Positions 1 through 10,870 of a stretch of DNA of 64,000 bases are shown piece by piece. Source of the stretch: an uncultured Chloroflexota bacterium (lineage in GTDB: Bacteria; Chloroflexota; UBA11872). Made by a program: the position numbers and the translations under genes. The notes under the pieces were generated by a model, which made no database searches, had not been told where the DNA came from, and saw nothing but the letters and a program-made list of their open reading frames with translations. The stretch's first letter is position 1; the number at the start of each line of letters is the position of its first letter. The stretch is from positions 3,499 to 67,498 of the forward strand of contig CAYRCL010000034.1 in NCBI GenBank assembly GCA_964422795.1, written 5' to 3'.

Positions 1-3000
1 CTTTGCGATTGCACGCTTGCTAATGGTGTTCGACTTACTCTTCGCTTTTCGATCCAGCAAATCCGTCGCCTGCTCCGGCGGAAGTAACAGGGTAGCGCCC
101 TTGTTCACTACATCACCCGTTTGAACGATCGGCAACATATTCTTGGCAATAGGGTATTCGTACTCATAAACGTGAGCCGAAACCACACGAACTCGAGTTT
201 GTTCGTCATCATTAAGCACTTCCACCGTGCCATCGATGTCACTCATCGTAGCGACACCCTTTGGAACTCGAGCTTCGAATAGTTCCTCAACACGCGGCAG
301 TCCCCCGGTAATGTCCGTACCGATAGACGCAATACCGCCAAGGTGAAACGTACGCATTGTGAGCTGAGTCGCAGGTTCGCCCATCGACTGGGCAGCAATA
401 ATTCCGACCGCGCTACCTTCAGCAACCTTCTCGTGCCGCGCCAAATCCATGCCGTAACAGACTTGGCATACACCTCGTGGGTTCTCGCACGTCATGGGCG
501 ACCTAACTCGAGCAGTCTCGACGCCAGCCTCATCAATCACTTTGACCAATTCATGGTCTATCAACACGCCTACTGGAACTATGATTTCGCCCGTATTCGG
601 ATGCACTATCGGATCTGCTGGATATCGACCAAAACACCGAGTACCCACTGAATCGAGAACTTCGTCGGGTGCAGCCTTCGCCAGCAGCACGCCACCTCCA
701 GTCTCACAGTCTTCACCCATGACGATTACATCCTGGGCCACATCCACTAATCTCCGGGTAAGGTATCCACTATCAGCAGTTCGGAGAGCCGTATCCGCAA
801 GGCCTTTGCGACCACCGTGAGTCGAAATGAAGTACTCGAGAACGCTCATTCCTTCGCGAAAATTGGCACGGACTGGCATTTCAATAATTTTTCCAGTTGG
901 ATCTGACATCAGCCCGCGCATGCCCGAAATCTGTCGGATTTGGTCAAAGTTTCCCTTTGCTGCTCCAGAGTTCCCCATCATGAAAACCGGACTTAGGGTG
1001 TCCAGATTGGTCTCAACGGAGCTGGAAACGCGAGCCATAGCTTCAGTCCAGCTCTTTACAGTGAGCTGGTAACGTTCCGCATCCGTTATCAATCCCTGCG
1101 CATAATTCTGTTCCACCGTACTTACGCGTTCGTTTGTCTCCCGCATCACCTCATACTTGACTTCAGGAACCTTTAGGTCCCAAATACCCATGGTCACGCC
1201 CGAACGCGTAGCCCAAAGCATGCCCAGGTTCTTAATCTGGTCAGCAACATCACAAGTAATATCCATACCTGCGGTATAGAACACACCTTCAATCACCCTA
1301 CTCAGGCCACGCTTATCAAGGCGCTCGTTAACGAAGCGCAACTCACGCGGGATAGCTTGATTCAGGATTACACGACCTGCTGAAGTTTCAATGAATGCCT
1401 GTTCCCTCTCACCATTTTCATCGACAGGGAAGTCGGTAGGTGAAACACGGAGCCGAATCTTTGCATGCAGATCAACGACACCGTGCTCGAAAGCAAGGAC
1501 TGCATCAGCAAAGTTCGCGAAGACCTTGCCCTCTCCCTTAGCACCGTCTTTAATCTCCGTCAGGTAATAACAGCCCAACACCATATCCTTCGTTGGGCTG
1601 ATAATTGGCGCACCATCTGCCGGCGACAGAATGTTGTTTGTACTCTTGATAATCTCGCGTGCTTCATCCTGAGCCGCCTGGCTTAGCGGAACATGTACCG
1701 CCATCTGATCACCGTCAAAATCGGCGTTGAACGCCGTGCAGACGAGTGGATGAATCTGGATAGCACTCCCGCGGACAAGGATGATGTCAAAGGCTTGAAT
1801 CCCAAGACGATGGAGAGTGGGCGCTCGGTTGAGGAGAACCGGATGATTTCGCGTCACCTCCTCGAGTGCATCCCAAACTACAGGTTCAGGGTGTTCGACC
1901 ATACGCTTAGCACTTTTAATGTTGCTGGCATAACCATAATCAACAAGCTTGCGCATGATGAACGGTTTGAATAATTCGAGCGCCATCTTTGTAGGCAACC
2001 CACACTGATTGAGCTTCAGATGAGGCCCCACAACAATGACCGATCGACCTGAATAATCGACTCGCTTCCCAAGTAGATTCTGACGAAACCTACCCTGTTT
2101 TCCACGTAGAAGATCGCTCAACGACTTATACGGATGGTTAGATGATCCCGTAACAGCACGTCCCCGGCGTCCATTGTCGATCAGCGCATCGACAGCCTCT
2201 TGAAGCATGCGTCGCTCATTGCGCACGATAATCTCTGGTGCACCAAGCTCAACGAGCCGCTTGAGTCTGTTATTACGATTTATTACTCGCCGATAGAGAT
2301 CATTTAGATCACTGGTCGCAAATCTTCCCCCGTCGAGCTGCACCATAGGACGCAGGTCTGGAGGCAAGACTGGCAAGACCGTCTGCACCATCCACTCCGG
2401 CTTACTACCAGAACGGCGGAAAGCCTCAACAACCTTCAATCGCTTTGTTGCCTTCTTACGACGCTGAATTGAGTTTGACTCCAACTCATCCCGCAAGAAC
2501 TGCGCCAACTCATCCAAATCGACTCGACTTATTAAATCAAGAATCGCTTCAGCACCAATACTTGCGGCAAACACGTCACCGCAAGTTCGGGTGAGTTGTT
2601 GGTATCTGGGTTCGGAAAGCAGTTGGTGAAGTTCCAAAGACGCCAGATCCTCGCTCCGTTGCTCAAAAAACTCCTTAGCATCAGCGATTTCCTGTGTTTT
2701 TTCTTCCTCAATACGAGCAGTCACTTGCTCGGTCTCACGTCGCTGGGCAACCTTAGCGCCCTCAAATCGCTCTTGCGCACTGGTCTTCGCCGAATCCATT
2801 CGTGTCGTTATCTCTTCAATAGCGGATGCACCGATAGAATCAAGTTCTTGCACTTCTTTTCCGGACAATTTAGATCCAGCCGTGACATAGGCATTGTCAA
2901 GCCAACTCAGAAGTACATCAGCATCAAGCTTTTTGGCACCCACCGTCTCGAGTTCCGTACGCACCGATGTGATCTCAGTTTTGATCGATTCAATTGTCGC

Positions 3001-3600
3001 TTGAGCCTCATCATCCAAACGTTCCAATTCAGCCTCAAGCTGGGAATCCAGCTGCGCGAATTGCTCCTCTGTTCGATCAAGCTCGTCACTGGCACGTGTT
3101 GACGCGGCCTCCTCAATCTCATCAATTCGACCAGCGAGCTCTTGTTCACTATGTCCAAGAGCCTTGTCACGAACCTCCACATCGAGCTCCGTCACGATGA
3201 ACGAAGCGAAATAGACTATTTTCTCCAGGTCACGTGGCGTAACGTCGATGATTTGACTAATACGACTCGGGGTTCCCTTAAGAAACCAGATGTGCGTAAT
3301 CGGTGCCGCCAGTTCGATGTGACCCATGTGTTCACGACGCACACGCGAACGCGTAACTTCAACACCACACTTGTCACATATGATGCCGCGAAACCTTATT
3401 CGCTTGTACTTGCCGCAGGCGCACTCCCAATCCTTAGTCGGACCGAAGATACGTTCACAGAACAAACCATCACGTTCTGGCTTTAAGGTGCGATAGTTAA
3501 TGGTCTCTGGTTTAGTCACTTCACCATACGACCATGACCGAATCTGGTCAGGTGATGCTAGGTGAATCCGAATAGCACCGAACTTGTTGACTTCTAGCAT
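1..3600 (-). CDS. rpoC: DNA-directed RNA polymerase subunit beta' (C-terminus lies beyond the window start)
   Basis: Translated by hand because it is missing from the ORF track. ATG at 3600 follows AGGAGG and reads [60 protein letters not shown]. The catalytic [10 protein letters not shown] lies at about 1701-1730. It directly follows rpoB. Confidence 0.98.
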   Translation of the reverse strand, partial: MLEVNKFGAIRIHLASPDQIRSWSYGEVTKPETINYRTLKPERDGLFCERIFGPTKDWECACGKYKRIRFRGIICDKCGVEVTRSRVRREHMGHIELAAPITHIWFLKGTPSRISQIIDVTPRDLEKIVYFASFIVTELDVEVRDKALGHSEQELAGRIDEIEEAASTRASDELDRTEEQFAQLDSQLEAELERLDDEAQATIESIKTEITSVRTELETVGAKKLDADVLLSWLDNAYVTAGSKLSGKEVQELDSIGASAIEEITTRMDSAKTSAQERFEGAKVAQRRETEQVTARIEEEKTQEIADAKEFFEQRSEDLASLELHQLLSEPRYQQLTRTCGDVFAASIGAEAILDLISRVDLDELAQFLRDELESNSIQRRKKATKRLKVVEAFRRSGSKPEWMVQTVLPVLPPDLRPMVQLDGGRFATSDLNDLYRRVINRNNRLKRLVELGAPEIIVRNERRMLQEAVDALIDNGRRGRAVTGSSNHPYKSLSDLLRGKQGRFRQNLLGKRVDYSGRSVIVVGPHLKLNQCGLPTKMALELFKPFIMRKLVDYGYASNIKSAKRMVEHPEPVVWDALEEVTRNHPVLLNRAPTLHRLGIQAFDIILVRGSAIQIHPLVCTAFNADFDGDQMAVHVPLSQAAQDEAREIIKSTNNILSPADGAPIISPTKDMVLGCYYLTEIKDGAKGEGKVFANFADAVLAFEHGVVDLHAKIRLRVSPTDFPVDENGEREQAFIETSAGRVILNQAIPRELRFVNERLDKRGLSRVIEGVFYTAGMDITCDVADQIKNLGMLWATRSGVTMGIWDLKVPEVKYEVMRETNERVSTVEQNYAQGLITDAERYQLTVKSWTEAMARVSSSVETNLDTLSPVFMMGNSGAAKGNFDQIRQISGMRGLMSDPTGKIIEMPVRANFREGMSVLEYFISTHGGRKGLADTALRTADSGYLTRRLVDVAQDVIVMGEDCETGGGVLLAKAAPDEVLDSVGTRCFGRYPADPIVHPNTGEIIVPVGVLIDHELVKVIDEAGVETARVRSPMTCENPRGVCQVCYGMDLARHEKVAEGSAVGIIAAQSMGEPATQLTMRTFHLGGIASIGTDITGGLPRVEELFEARVPKGVATMSDIDGTVEVLNDDEQTRVRVVSAHVYEYEYPIAKNMLPIVQTGDVVNKGATLLLPPEQATDLLDRKAKSKSNTISKRAIAK

Positions 3601-3615
3601 TTTGTTCGGGTCCTC

Positions 3616-6600
3616 CTAAAGACGGTATTCACGGCCCTGGATGTTGATCCCATCCAGGTCAGGGAGCAAGTCGTGGGCAGTCGCACTGCTTAAAGCAACC
3701 GCTTCTTCAGTCTCGTCGAGGATGTCAACCGCCACGCCCAAGCTCTGAAGTTCCTTAACTAGCACGCGGAACGACTCGGGTATTCCCGGCTCGAGAATGG
3801 TCTCACCCTTAACGATTGCTTCGTAAGTCTTGACACGCCCCAGAATGTCATCAGATTTCACCGTCAGCATTTCCTGCAACGTGTGGGCCGCACCGTAGGC
3901 TTCCAAAGCCCAAACCTCCATCTCTCCAAATCTTTGCCCACCCATTTGAGCCTTTCCACCTAGCGGTTGCTGCGTAATGAGCGAATATGGCCCTGTCGAA
4001 CGGGCGTGGATCTTGTCATCGACCATATGCCCTAACTTCATCATGTAAAGCACACCAACGGTCACCTCTTGATCGAAAGCATCGCCCGTACGACCGTCAT
4101 ACAACACAGCCTTACCCTCCGGAGGCAACCCAGCCTCCTTCAGAGCTTCGCTAATGTCGTCTTCGGTCGCGCCATCAAACACGGGCGTCACCGCTCGAAA
4201 ACCAAGTTTTTCGGCAGCCCATCCAAGATGGGTCTCAAGTGTCTGTCCCACATTCATTCGCGAAGCAACACCAAGGGGATTCAAGATAATGTCGACAGGA
4301 GTGCCATCTTCAAGATGCGGCATATCTTCAGCCGGCAAAATCATGGATATCACACCCTTGTTGCCGTGCCTTCCAGCCATCTTGTCACCGACCATTAATT
4401 TTCGCTTCGATGCCACACTAACCCTGACCATTTCAGTCACGCCGGCCTGCAAATCGTCGCCGTCATCCACCGAAAATCTACGTACATCCAGCACGCGTCC
4501 ATACTCGCCCGCCGGCACGTGTTTCGATGTATCTTTCACCTCACGTGCATCGCGCCCGAAAATAGCGCGCAGCAATCGATCTTCTCCAGAAAGTTCTGTT
4601 TCGCCCTTGGGAGTAATCTTGCCGACCAAGATGTCGTCATGACTTACCTCAGCACCGACGTAAACAACGCCCGTATCATCTAAATTACGCAACGCTTCTT
4701 CATTCTGATTCGGTATATCGCGTGTAATTTCTTCAGGCCCCAGCTTGGTGTCTCTGGCTTCCACCTCATACTTCTCAATGTGAATCGAGGTGAACACATC
4801 ATCCTTGAGCAAGCGCTCGCTCACGACGATCGCATCTTCGTAGTTCCCACCCTCCCAAAACATGAATGCCACTACAATGTTTTGACCGAGCGAAATCATG
4901 CCATCGTCCGTCGCCATACTCTCAGCGATTACTTGACCCGAGCCAACCTTGTCCCCAATCGCAACGGCCGGGAGCTGACTAATACAAGTAGCCGTGTTTG
5001 AACGCTCAAATTTGCGCAGAGGGTAGGTGCTCTCACCGAGCTTATTCCCATGGTCAATCACAATTTCATGCGACTTGACTTCGGTTACCACCCCATCCCC
5101 ATCCGCTAACACCATATGACCTGAATCGCGCGCAGCAATCCGCTCCATACCAGTAGAGACCAAGGGTGCGGTTGGCCGTATAAGCGGAACAGCCTGACGC
5201 TGCATGTTGGCACCCATCAAAGCTCGATTCGCATCATCATGCTCAAGGAAAGGAATCATGGCCGTCGGCACGCTCACAATTTGTTGCGGTGACGTATCGA
5301 CAAAATCAACCTCGCCCGCGTTCGCCTCGTGAATAAGCGGACCATTTCGAACAGATACACGCGCAGATGTTATTTCGTTGTCTTCGTTTAGAGGGACGGT
5401 CGCCTGAGCAATCGTGAACCGTTCTTCCTCATCCGCCGTCATATAGATAATCTCATCCGTCACAACGGGACGGATACGAACCTCCATCTCGTCAGAACCA
5501 GCCGCCTGGCCGATCGCCTTCGCCAAAGCTCGATCAATGACATCACCAGTACGAGCTATCGCCTTACGCTCGCCCCGAGCAGAATACGGCGCCGACACTG
5601 TTCGGCCAATTAGCTGATCCGCGTCCGTCGCTGGAATGCCTGATCGGACACGACGGTATGGGGTCTCAATAAACCCATACTCGTTCATCCGTGCAAGTGT
5701 CGACAACGTATTTATCAGCCCGATATTTGGACCTTCGGGAGTTTCTATTGGACACAATCGTCCATAGTGACTGAAGTGCACATCCCGTACATCGAACCCC
5801 GCACGCTCTCGGGATAAGCCACCCGGGCCCATCGCACTCAGCCGGCGCTTATGTGCCAATTCAGCTAACGGGTTGGCCTGATCCATAAACTGGGAAAGCT
5901 GACTTCCCCCAAAAAACTCTTTGACAGCCCCGGTGACAGGTCGAGTGTTGATGAGCCCAGAAGGAGTGGCCTCCGCCGCATCCTGAATACTCATACGCTC
6001 CTTAATGACACGTTCCATGCGTAGGAGCCCTACACGGAATTGATCAGCCAGTAATTCACCAACCGCACGCACACGGCGATTTCCAAGATGATCAATGTGG
6101 TCAGGAACACCCTGGGTAACGTTCAACCGTACGATTTCGCGGACTATCGACAGTAAGTCAGACGGTTGCATTGTCCTGGTGGTGTCAGCCAGATCGACCC
6201 CCAACCTCTTATTTAGTTTGTATCGACCCACCGGACCCAGATCGTATCGACGAAGATTAAAGAACGTCTGTTCAATGAGGGATCTGGCACTGTCAACCGT
6301 AGCGGGATCCCCTGGACGCAATCGATGGTAGAGCTCGATCAAACCATCCTCAGTGCTGTACGCCAGATCCTTCCGAGCCGCAGCATCACCGATGGTCGAT
6401 TGTATATACGGGTGATCGGGATCAGTATCAACGTCTTTGAAAGCTTCTATCAAAGCTTCATCCGAACTAAGGCTTGGATCAAGAGCCCGCAAAAATGCGG
6501 TGACCGGCATCTTACGCTTCCGGTCGATCTTGACACTGATCATCGATTGATTACTTGTTTCCAGTTCCAACCAAGCTCCTCGTTTGGGAATGAGCTTCGC

Positions 6601-7083
6601 CCCAAAACGACGACGTCCAGTCGATGGATCGACTTCAGCTGAAAAATAGACACCGGGCGATCGAACAAGCTGACACACAACGACGCGTTCTGCCCCGTTG
6701 TATATGAACGTTCCCTGACGCGTCATGCGAGGGAAATCCCCCATGTACACATCCATCTCTTTAATCTCACCCGACTGCTTGTTGTGGAGACGTGCCTTAA
6801 CACGCAAAGCCGTTTGGTAGGTTTTGTCCTGATCCCGGCACTCGTCTTCCGTGTACTTAGGCTCATCAAACGGATCTACAGGAACTTCAAAATGTAGTTC
6901 AAGATTCTTGCCGGTGAAGTCCTGAATTGGCGATATCTCCGCAAAGAGATCGCGAAGATACTCTTCTTCAAATCGCCTGAATGACTCGATTTGCAACGCA
7001 ACTAAATGTGGCATCTTCACAGTGCTCGGCGTGTGCCCGTAATTCCGCTCAACAACGGTCGACGTCATGCCGTTTGATGTCAT
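3616..7083 (-). CDS. rpoB: DNA-directed RNA polymerase subunit beta
   Basis: Motifs [49 protein letters not shown] and the rifampicin region [14 protein letters not shown]. Start moved to ATG 7083, which has AAGGAG upstream. Confidence 0.98.
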   Translation of the reverse strand: MTSNGMTSTVVERNYGHTPSTVKMPHLVALQIESFRRFEEEYLRDLFAEISPIQDFTGKNLELHFEVPVDPFDEPKYTEDECRDQDKTYQTALRVKARLHNKQSGEIKEMDVYMGDFPRMTRQGTFIYNGAERVVVCQLVRSPGVYFSAEVDPSTGRRRFGAKLIPKRGAWLELETSNQSMISVKIDRKRKMPVTAFLRALDPSLSSDEALIEAFKDVDTDPDHPYIQSTIGDAAARKDLAYSTEDGLIELYHRLRPGDPATVDSARSLIEQTFFNLRRYDLGPVGRYKLNKRLGVDLADTTRTMQPSDLLSIVREIVRLNVTQGVPDHIDHLGNRRVRAVGELLADQFRVGLLRMERVIKERMSIQDAAEATPSGLINTRPVTGAVKEFFGGSQLSQFMDQANPLAELAHKRRLSAMGPGGLSRERAGFDVRDVHFSHYGRLCPIETPEGPNIGLINTLSTLARMNEYGFIETPYRRVRSGIPATDADQLIGRTVSAPYSARGERKAIARTGDVIDRALAKAIGQAAGSDEMEVRIRPVVTDEIIYMTADEEERFTIAQATVPLNEDNEITSARVSVRNGPLIHEANAGEVDFVDTSPQQIVSVPTAMIPFLEHDDANRALMGANMQRQAVPLIRPTAPLVSTGMERIAARDSGHMVLADGDGVVTEVKSHEIVIDHGNKLGESTYPLRKFERSNTATCISQLPAVAIGDKVGSGQVIAESMATDDGMISLGQNIVVAFMFWEGGNYEDAIVVSERLLKDDVFTSIHIEKYEVEARDTKLGPEEITRDIPNQNEEALRNLDDTGVVYVGAEVSHDDILVGKITPKGETELSGEDRLLRAIFGRDAREVKDTSKHVPAGEYGRVLDVRRFSVDDGDDLQAGVTEMVRVSVASKRKLMVGDKMAGRHGNKGVISMILPAEDMPHLEDGTPVDIILNPLGVASRMNVGQTLETHLGWAAEKLGFRAVTPVFDGATEDDISEALKEAGLPPEGKAVLYDGRTGDAFDQEVTVGVLYMMKLGHMVDDKIHARSTGPYSLITQQPLGGKAQMGGQRFGEMEVWALEAYGAAHTLQEMLTVKSDDILGRVKTYEAIVKGETILEPGIPESFRVLVKELQSLGVAVDILDETEEAVALSSATAHDLLPDLDGINIQGREYRL

Positions 7084-7148
7084 GTACTGTTTACTCCTTG
7101 CCCAATAGCGAACCAGCAGCGCAGCAACAATAAGGCCCGTCGAACCCA

Positions 7149-7193
7149 GATCGGATTGCACCCTCTGTCATCAACCGGTGATGCAACCCAACC
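7149..7193 (-). promoter_or_regulatory. Stem-loop in the putative rpoB 5' leader
   Basis: On the minus strand, GGUUGGGUUGCAUC pairs with GGUGCAAUCCGAUC (14 bp including G-U pairs that only form on this strand), 66-110 nt upstream of rpoB. Confidence 0.45.
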
Positions 7194-7331
7194 AATACAA
7201 GGTCCGCCATAATCACGAACGCCTAATGTCCCTTAGAGCCGAGGCTAGACTTGATATCAGCGCAACGAATCCAATTCCCGAGAACAAATTTCTATTATGT
7301 AGAAGTCAGGACGGGGCATTGCATGACAAAG

Positions 7332-7355
7332 CCCAGCCGGAAAAAACCAGCTGGG
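7332..7355 (-). terminator. Hairpin, possible terminator of the grpE-dnaJ-prmA-HIT transcript
   Basis: Minus strand CCCAGCUGG-UUUUUU-CCGGCUGGG, a 9 bp stem followed by CUUUGU. The U-tract is weak. Confidence 0.4.
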
Positions 7356-7528
7356 TATGTTCACAAAACTTGAAAGCGTAAAGCTATCGAGATGGCCCCC
7401 ACGGGCAAAGATTAGCATCATGCACGTCGCTTGAAAACCCCGACTCCAGCTTTTTCCATTCAATTAATGATCGGTATCCTGCCGCACTCAGTACTTTAGC
7501 TCCTAGGTTGTAAGCCAAATAGAGCTAA

Positions 7529-7912
7529 TCACCCCAAACGCCCCTCTAATTGGTGGCCACCAAGAACATGAAAATGCGTATGAGCCACACTCTGCGCCCC
7601 ATGAGGCCCGTGGTTAGTTACGACACGATAGCCGGAATCAGCCAATTTCTGTTCCTGCGCCACCAGCACCGCTACAACTGCTAAGCGACCGAGTATCTCA
7701 ATATCTTGAGCCTCTCGAATCATGACGTCGACACTCGAAAAGTGGCGACGCGGAACAACAAGCACGTGACAAGGAGCCTGTGGGTTGATATCTCGAAAGG
7801 CAACAACCTCGTCATCCTCATACAGATAATCTGTTTTGACATCACCCCGCGTAATCGCACAAAAGATACAGGCAACACTTTGCGGGTCGCGATCAATGGA
7901 ATCTTCAAACAA
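7529..7912 (-). CDS. Histidine triad (HIT/Hint) nucleotide-binding protein
   Basis: CIFC N-terminus, AFRDINPQAPCHVLVVP and the HTHFHVL triad. This is the usual position after prmA. Confidence 0.93.
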   Translation of the reverse strand: MFEDSIDRDPQSVACIFCAITRGDVKTDYLYEDDEVVAFRDINPQAPCHVLVVPRRHFSSVDVMIREAQDIEILGRLAVVAVLVAQEQKLADSGYRVVTNHGPHGAQSVAHTHFHVLGGHQLEGRLG

Positions 7913-7930
7913 AACGACCTACCTCCTTCG

Positions 7931-8836
7931 TCACCCAGTACCGCCGAGATTGCGACGGAGAAGCAACGCCCGCCACTCTCCAAGAGACGCCGACCTCTCC
8001 ACACTAAACCCGCACGCCTGGGCGGAAGAAATTACTTCATCAATACGTTCATCTAGAACACCACCAAGCAGTACCGTTCCTGCTTGCGTTACAACACGCA
8101 GGTATATGGACATAAGCTCCAGGTGTACCGCGGCAACAATGTTCGCTACCAACACATGTGCACGCTCCGGAGGATTGATCGTTTTACTAGTAACACTGAG
8201 AACGACACGGTCCCCCACTTGATTTCGAACTATGTTGGCCTCGGCAGGCTGACGAACACGGCCATCACGATCATACGCGTACACTCTTCTAGCACCGAGT
8301 TTTGCTGCAGCTATCGCGAGAACTCCAGACCCAGTACCCACGTCTACAACAACACTATCTGCAACAACGATTTTTTCGAGTTCCTCAAGAGCTAGTCTCG
8401 TCGTGGGGTGATGACCAGTTCCAAAAGCCTGAGCAGAATCAAGAAAAATTGGTATTCGCTCCGACCACTCAGGGGGTGGATCCTCCCATGCCGGAACGAT
8501 TAGGAGCCTCTCACCAACCGCCACTGGCACGTAGAACTCACGCCAACGCGTCAAGTACTCATCGGGTTGCACATAGGACTCAGAAGCAGCACCCACAGTG
8601 CCCGCTCCAGCTAGGCGTAGGAATTCAAGCGTGCGCAGAATCTTTCGTCGGGTCGCACGCTGTGCCTTTCCCGGCCTAACGTACGCATGCGCAGTCAACG
8701 ACCAACCTTCCGAAAAAACCAAAGGACGTGATTCGACCGCATACGAAGAACCAACTAAGTCATACAACCTAGCACTGACATCGTCCAACGCCTCGGACTG
8801 CAACGGCACGCTAATTTGGAGCCACCCCGAGCTCAT
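7931..8836 (-). CDS. prmA: 50S ribosomal protein L11 methyltransferase
   Basis: AFGTGHHPTT, SAM motif VVDVGTGSGVLAIAAAKLGA and ANI motif; follows dnaJ. Confidence 0.92.
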   Translation of the reverse strand: MSSGWLQISVPLQSEALDDVSARLYDLVGSSYAVESRPLVFSEGWSLTAHAYVRPGKAQRATRRKILRTLEFLRLAGAGTVGAASESYVQPDEYLTRWREFYVPVAVGERLLIVPAWEDPPPEWSERIPIFLDSAQAFGTGHHPTTRLALEELEKIVVADSVVVDVGTGSGVLAIAAAKLGARRVYAYDRDGRVRQPAEANIVRNQVGDRVVLSVTSKTINPPERAHVLVANIVAAVHLELMSIYLRVVTQAGTVLLGGVLDERIDEVISSAQACGFSVERSASLGEWRALLLRRNLGGTG

Positions 8837-9939
8837 CTAAACGCGGCACGAACCTTTTCTACAAATCCACGCCCGTCAGAATCACTACCAGCAGGGAGTG
8901 TCACCCCAAGCTGTTCCAAAAGCCCACGTTGATCACGATTCAGCTTAGTTGGCGTAGCTACATGGACAAAGAGGTAATGATCACCACGTCCGGAAGCACG
9001 AAACCTCGGTGCCCCTTTGCTCCGAAGCCGGATGGACGAACCAGTCTGTGTTCCTGCAGGAATCTGAACAGTTACCCGACCATCAACCGTCTCAACCTCA
9101 ATTTCAGCGCCAAGAGCAGCCTCAGAAAAGTTCACAACGACATTACTCACAATCTCATCACCGTCACGTTCAAGCACCGCATGAGGCTGAACCTCGATAG
9201 CAATATAGAGATCGCCGGGCGGGCCACCACGTGCCGCATGATTTCCTTCACCAGTAAGACGCAACTCGGTCCCCGCCTTGAGTCCGGCCGGGATCTTGAC
9301 TTTTCGTTCCACATCGACGCGAACAACACAGTTGCTAGTGCACGTTGGACACTTATCTTCAATGACCGAGCCGGATCCGCCACACCTTGCGCACGGTGCC
9401 ACATTCACAAATTGGCCAAATATCGAGCGCTGAGCCCGTTGGACCTCACCTCTGCCGTCACACCCAGAACACATCGTCGGTTTAGTGCCCGGGGCTGCAC
9501 CACTCCCGGCACAAGTTCCACACGGCTCGAGTCTCCTGTAATGAATAGTCTCTTCAACACCAAAGAGACTGTCCAAGAACTCAAGTTCAAGTCGCACTTG
9601 AACGTCGTCCCCTGCTTGCGCTGCATTACCCTGAGCACGACGGCCTCCGCCAAAAAAAGCATCAAAGACGTCGCCGATACCACCAAAATCGTCAAATTCG
9701 ACGCCGAACGGAGATCCGGAACCACTGTGCCCGAAACGGTCGTAGTTCGCTCTCTTATCTGAATCTTTCAAAACTTCATGTGCTTCATTTATCTGCTTGA
9801 AGCGCGCGTCTGCATCCTCCTCCGCGCTAACATCAGGATGATATCGGCGTGCAAGATCACGAAAAGCTGACCGGATCTCATCCGGTGAAGCATTCCTCGC
9901 AACACCCAGAACTTCGTAATAATCGGGCTTAGCGCTCAC
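8833..9939 (-). CDS. dnaJ: Chaperone DnaJ (class I, zinc finger)
   Basis: J-domain with HPD, a G/F region, four CxxC repeats (the last is CPTCTSNC) and the DnaJ C-terminal domain. Confidence 0.96.
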   Translation of the reverse strand: MSAKPDYYEVLGVARNASPDEIRSAFRDLARRYHPDVSAEEDADARFKQINEAHEVLKDSDKRANYDRFGHSGSGSPFGVEFDDFGGIGDVFDAFFGGGRRAQGNAAQAGDDVQVRLELEFLDSLFGVEETIHYRRLEPCGTCAGSGAAPGTKPTMCSGCDGRGEVQRAQRSIFGQFVNVAPCARCGGSGSVIEDKCPTCTSNCVVRVDVERKVKIPAGLKAGTELRLTGEGNHAARGGPPGDLYIAIEVQPHAVLERDGDEIVSNVVVNFSEAALGAEIEVETVDGRVTVQIPAGTQTGSSIRLRSKGAPRFRASGRGDHYLFVHVATPTKLNRDQRGLLEQLGVTLPAGSDSDGRGFVEKVRAAFR

Positions 9940-10619
9940 TTGGACCCGTCAGTGACGCCCTCGTACTCATCCTGTGACGCAGCTTCACCCGTAGACGGTG
10001 TTTCATCCTCTGATTTCGGACCGGCTTTAACCAAAACAGGCCGTATCACCCGCTCATGCATACGATACCCACTTTGAATTTGATCGATGACCACCTCAGC
10101 CTCCGCACCCTCCGTAACAACCACTTCGTGAAGCTCAACATCAATAGGATCACCCGCACGGCATTCAATCTGTTTTACACCCACTGCTTCCATAACGCCT
10201 CGAAGTTGCGCCTGGATCAGTGCGACTCCATCAATCCAGGTCAACTGCCGCAATTCGTCAGAAATCGCCGCAAACGCACGATCAAACCCATCGAGAACTC
10301 GAAGTAGTTCAAAGGCAAAAGACTGGTTTGCATAATTAGCCAACTCACGAGCATCCTCTCCAGTCCTGCGACGATAATTCGCGAAATCGGCTTGCGTTCT
10401 CGTTAGGCGATTCAAGAGATCTGTATGCCGAGCATTAAGCTCTTCAATTCGGGCTGCCAACACCTTAGGGTCGTCCGTTTCAGTGCTCGCTGATGCCTCA
10501 TCTTCCGATTCCATACCTTCATCCGTCTCGTCCCGAGACGCCGAACGGTGGTCCGTCACCTTCACTTCGGAAGATTCCTGTTCTTCAACATCGTTGGAAC
10601 CAGTTTCATCACTCGACAT
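9936..10619 (-). CDS. grpE: Nucleotide exchange factor GrpE (copy 1)
   Basis: RTQADFANYRRR and GYRMHERVIRPVLVK; acidic N-terminus; GAGGAG RBS. Confidence 0.93.
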   Translation of the reverse strand: MSSDETGSNDVEEQESSEVKVTDHRSASRDETDEGMESEDEASASTETDDPKVLAARIEELNARHTDLLNRLTRTQADFANYRRRTGEDARELANYANQSFAFELLRVLDGFDRAFAAISDELRQLTWIDGVALIQAQLRGVMEAVGVKQIECRAGDPIDVELHEVVVTEGAEAEVVIDQIQSGYRMHERVIRPVLVKAGPKSEDETPSTGEAASQDEYEGVTDGSK

Positions 10620-10870
10620 GTAGCAAGCGATCTCCTCTCATTCGGTGAGTTGCACGGTGAGCACTCACTTATTCGACCTAATCCATCCACTTGGCGTTAG
10701 AGCACACACCATCGGGTCAATTATGCGTCAGCCTGACACGAAATTTGACAGCTCAGCCACCTTACATCTTTTTTATCGCTCTAAAGAGTAGGAATCCGAT
10801 AAATCTCGCAAGCTGCTCTAGGACCCCTGCTATCGACCGCCGCGAGGCGTCAGCTATACAAGTATGTCAC

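Noticed and set aside
5820-5910. Rifampicin-resistance substitutions in rpoB (NPLAE, SAMG)
   Set aside because: The key Gln, Asp, His, Arg and Ser residues are intact. The variants look like ordinary lineage differences, and phenotype cannot be inferred.
10644-10684. Functional CIRCE operator upstream of grpE
   Set aside because: Only one half-site matches; the second half at N9 spacing does not.
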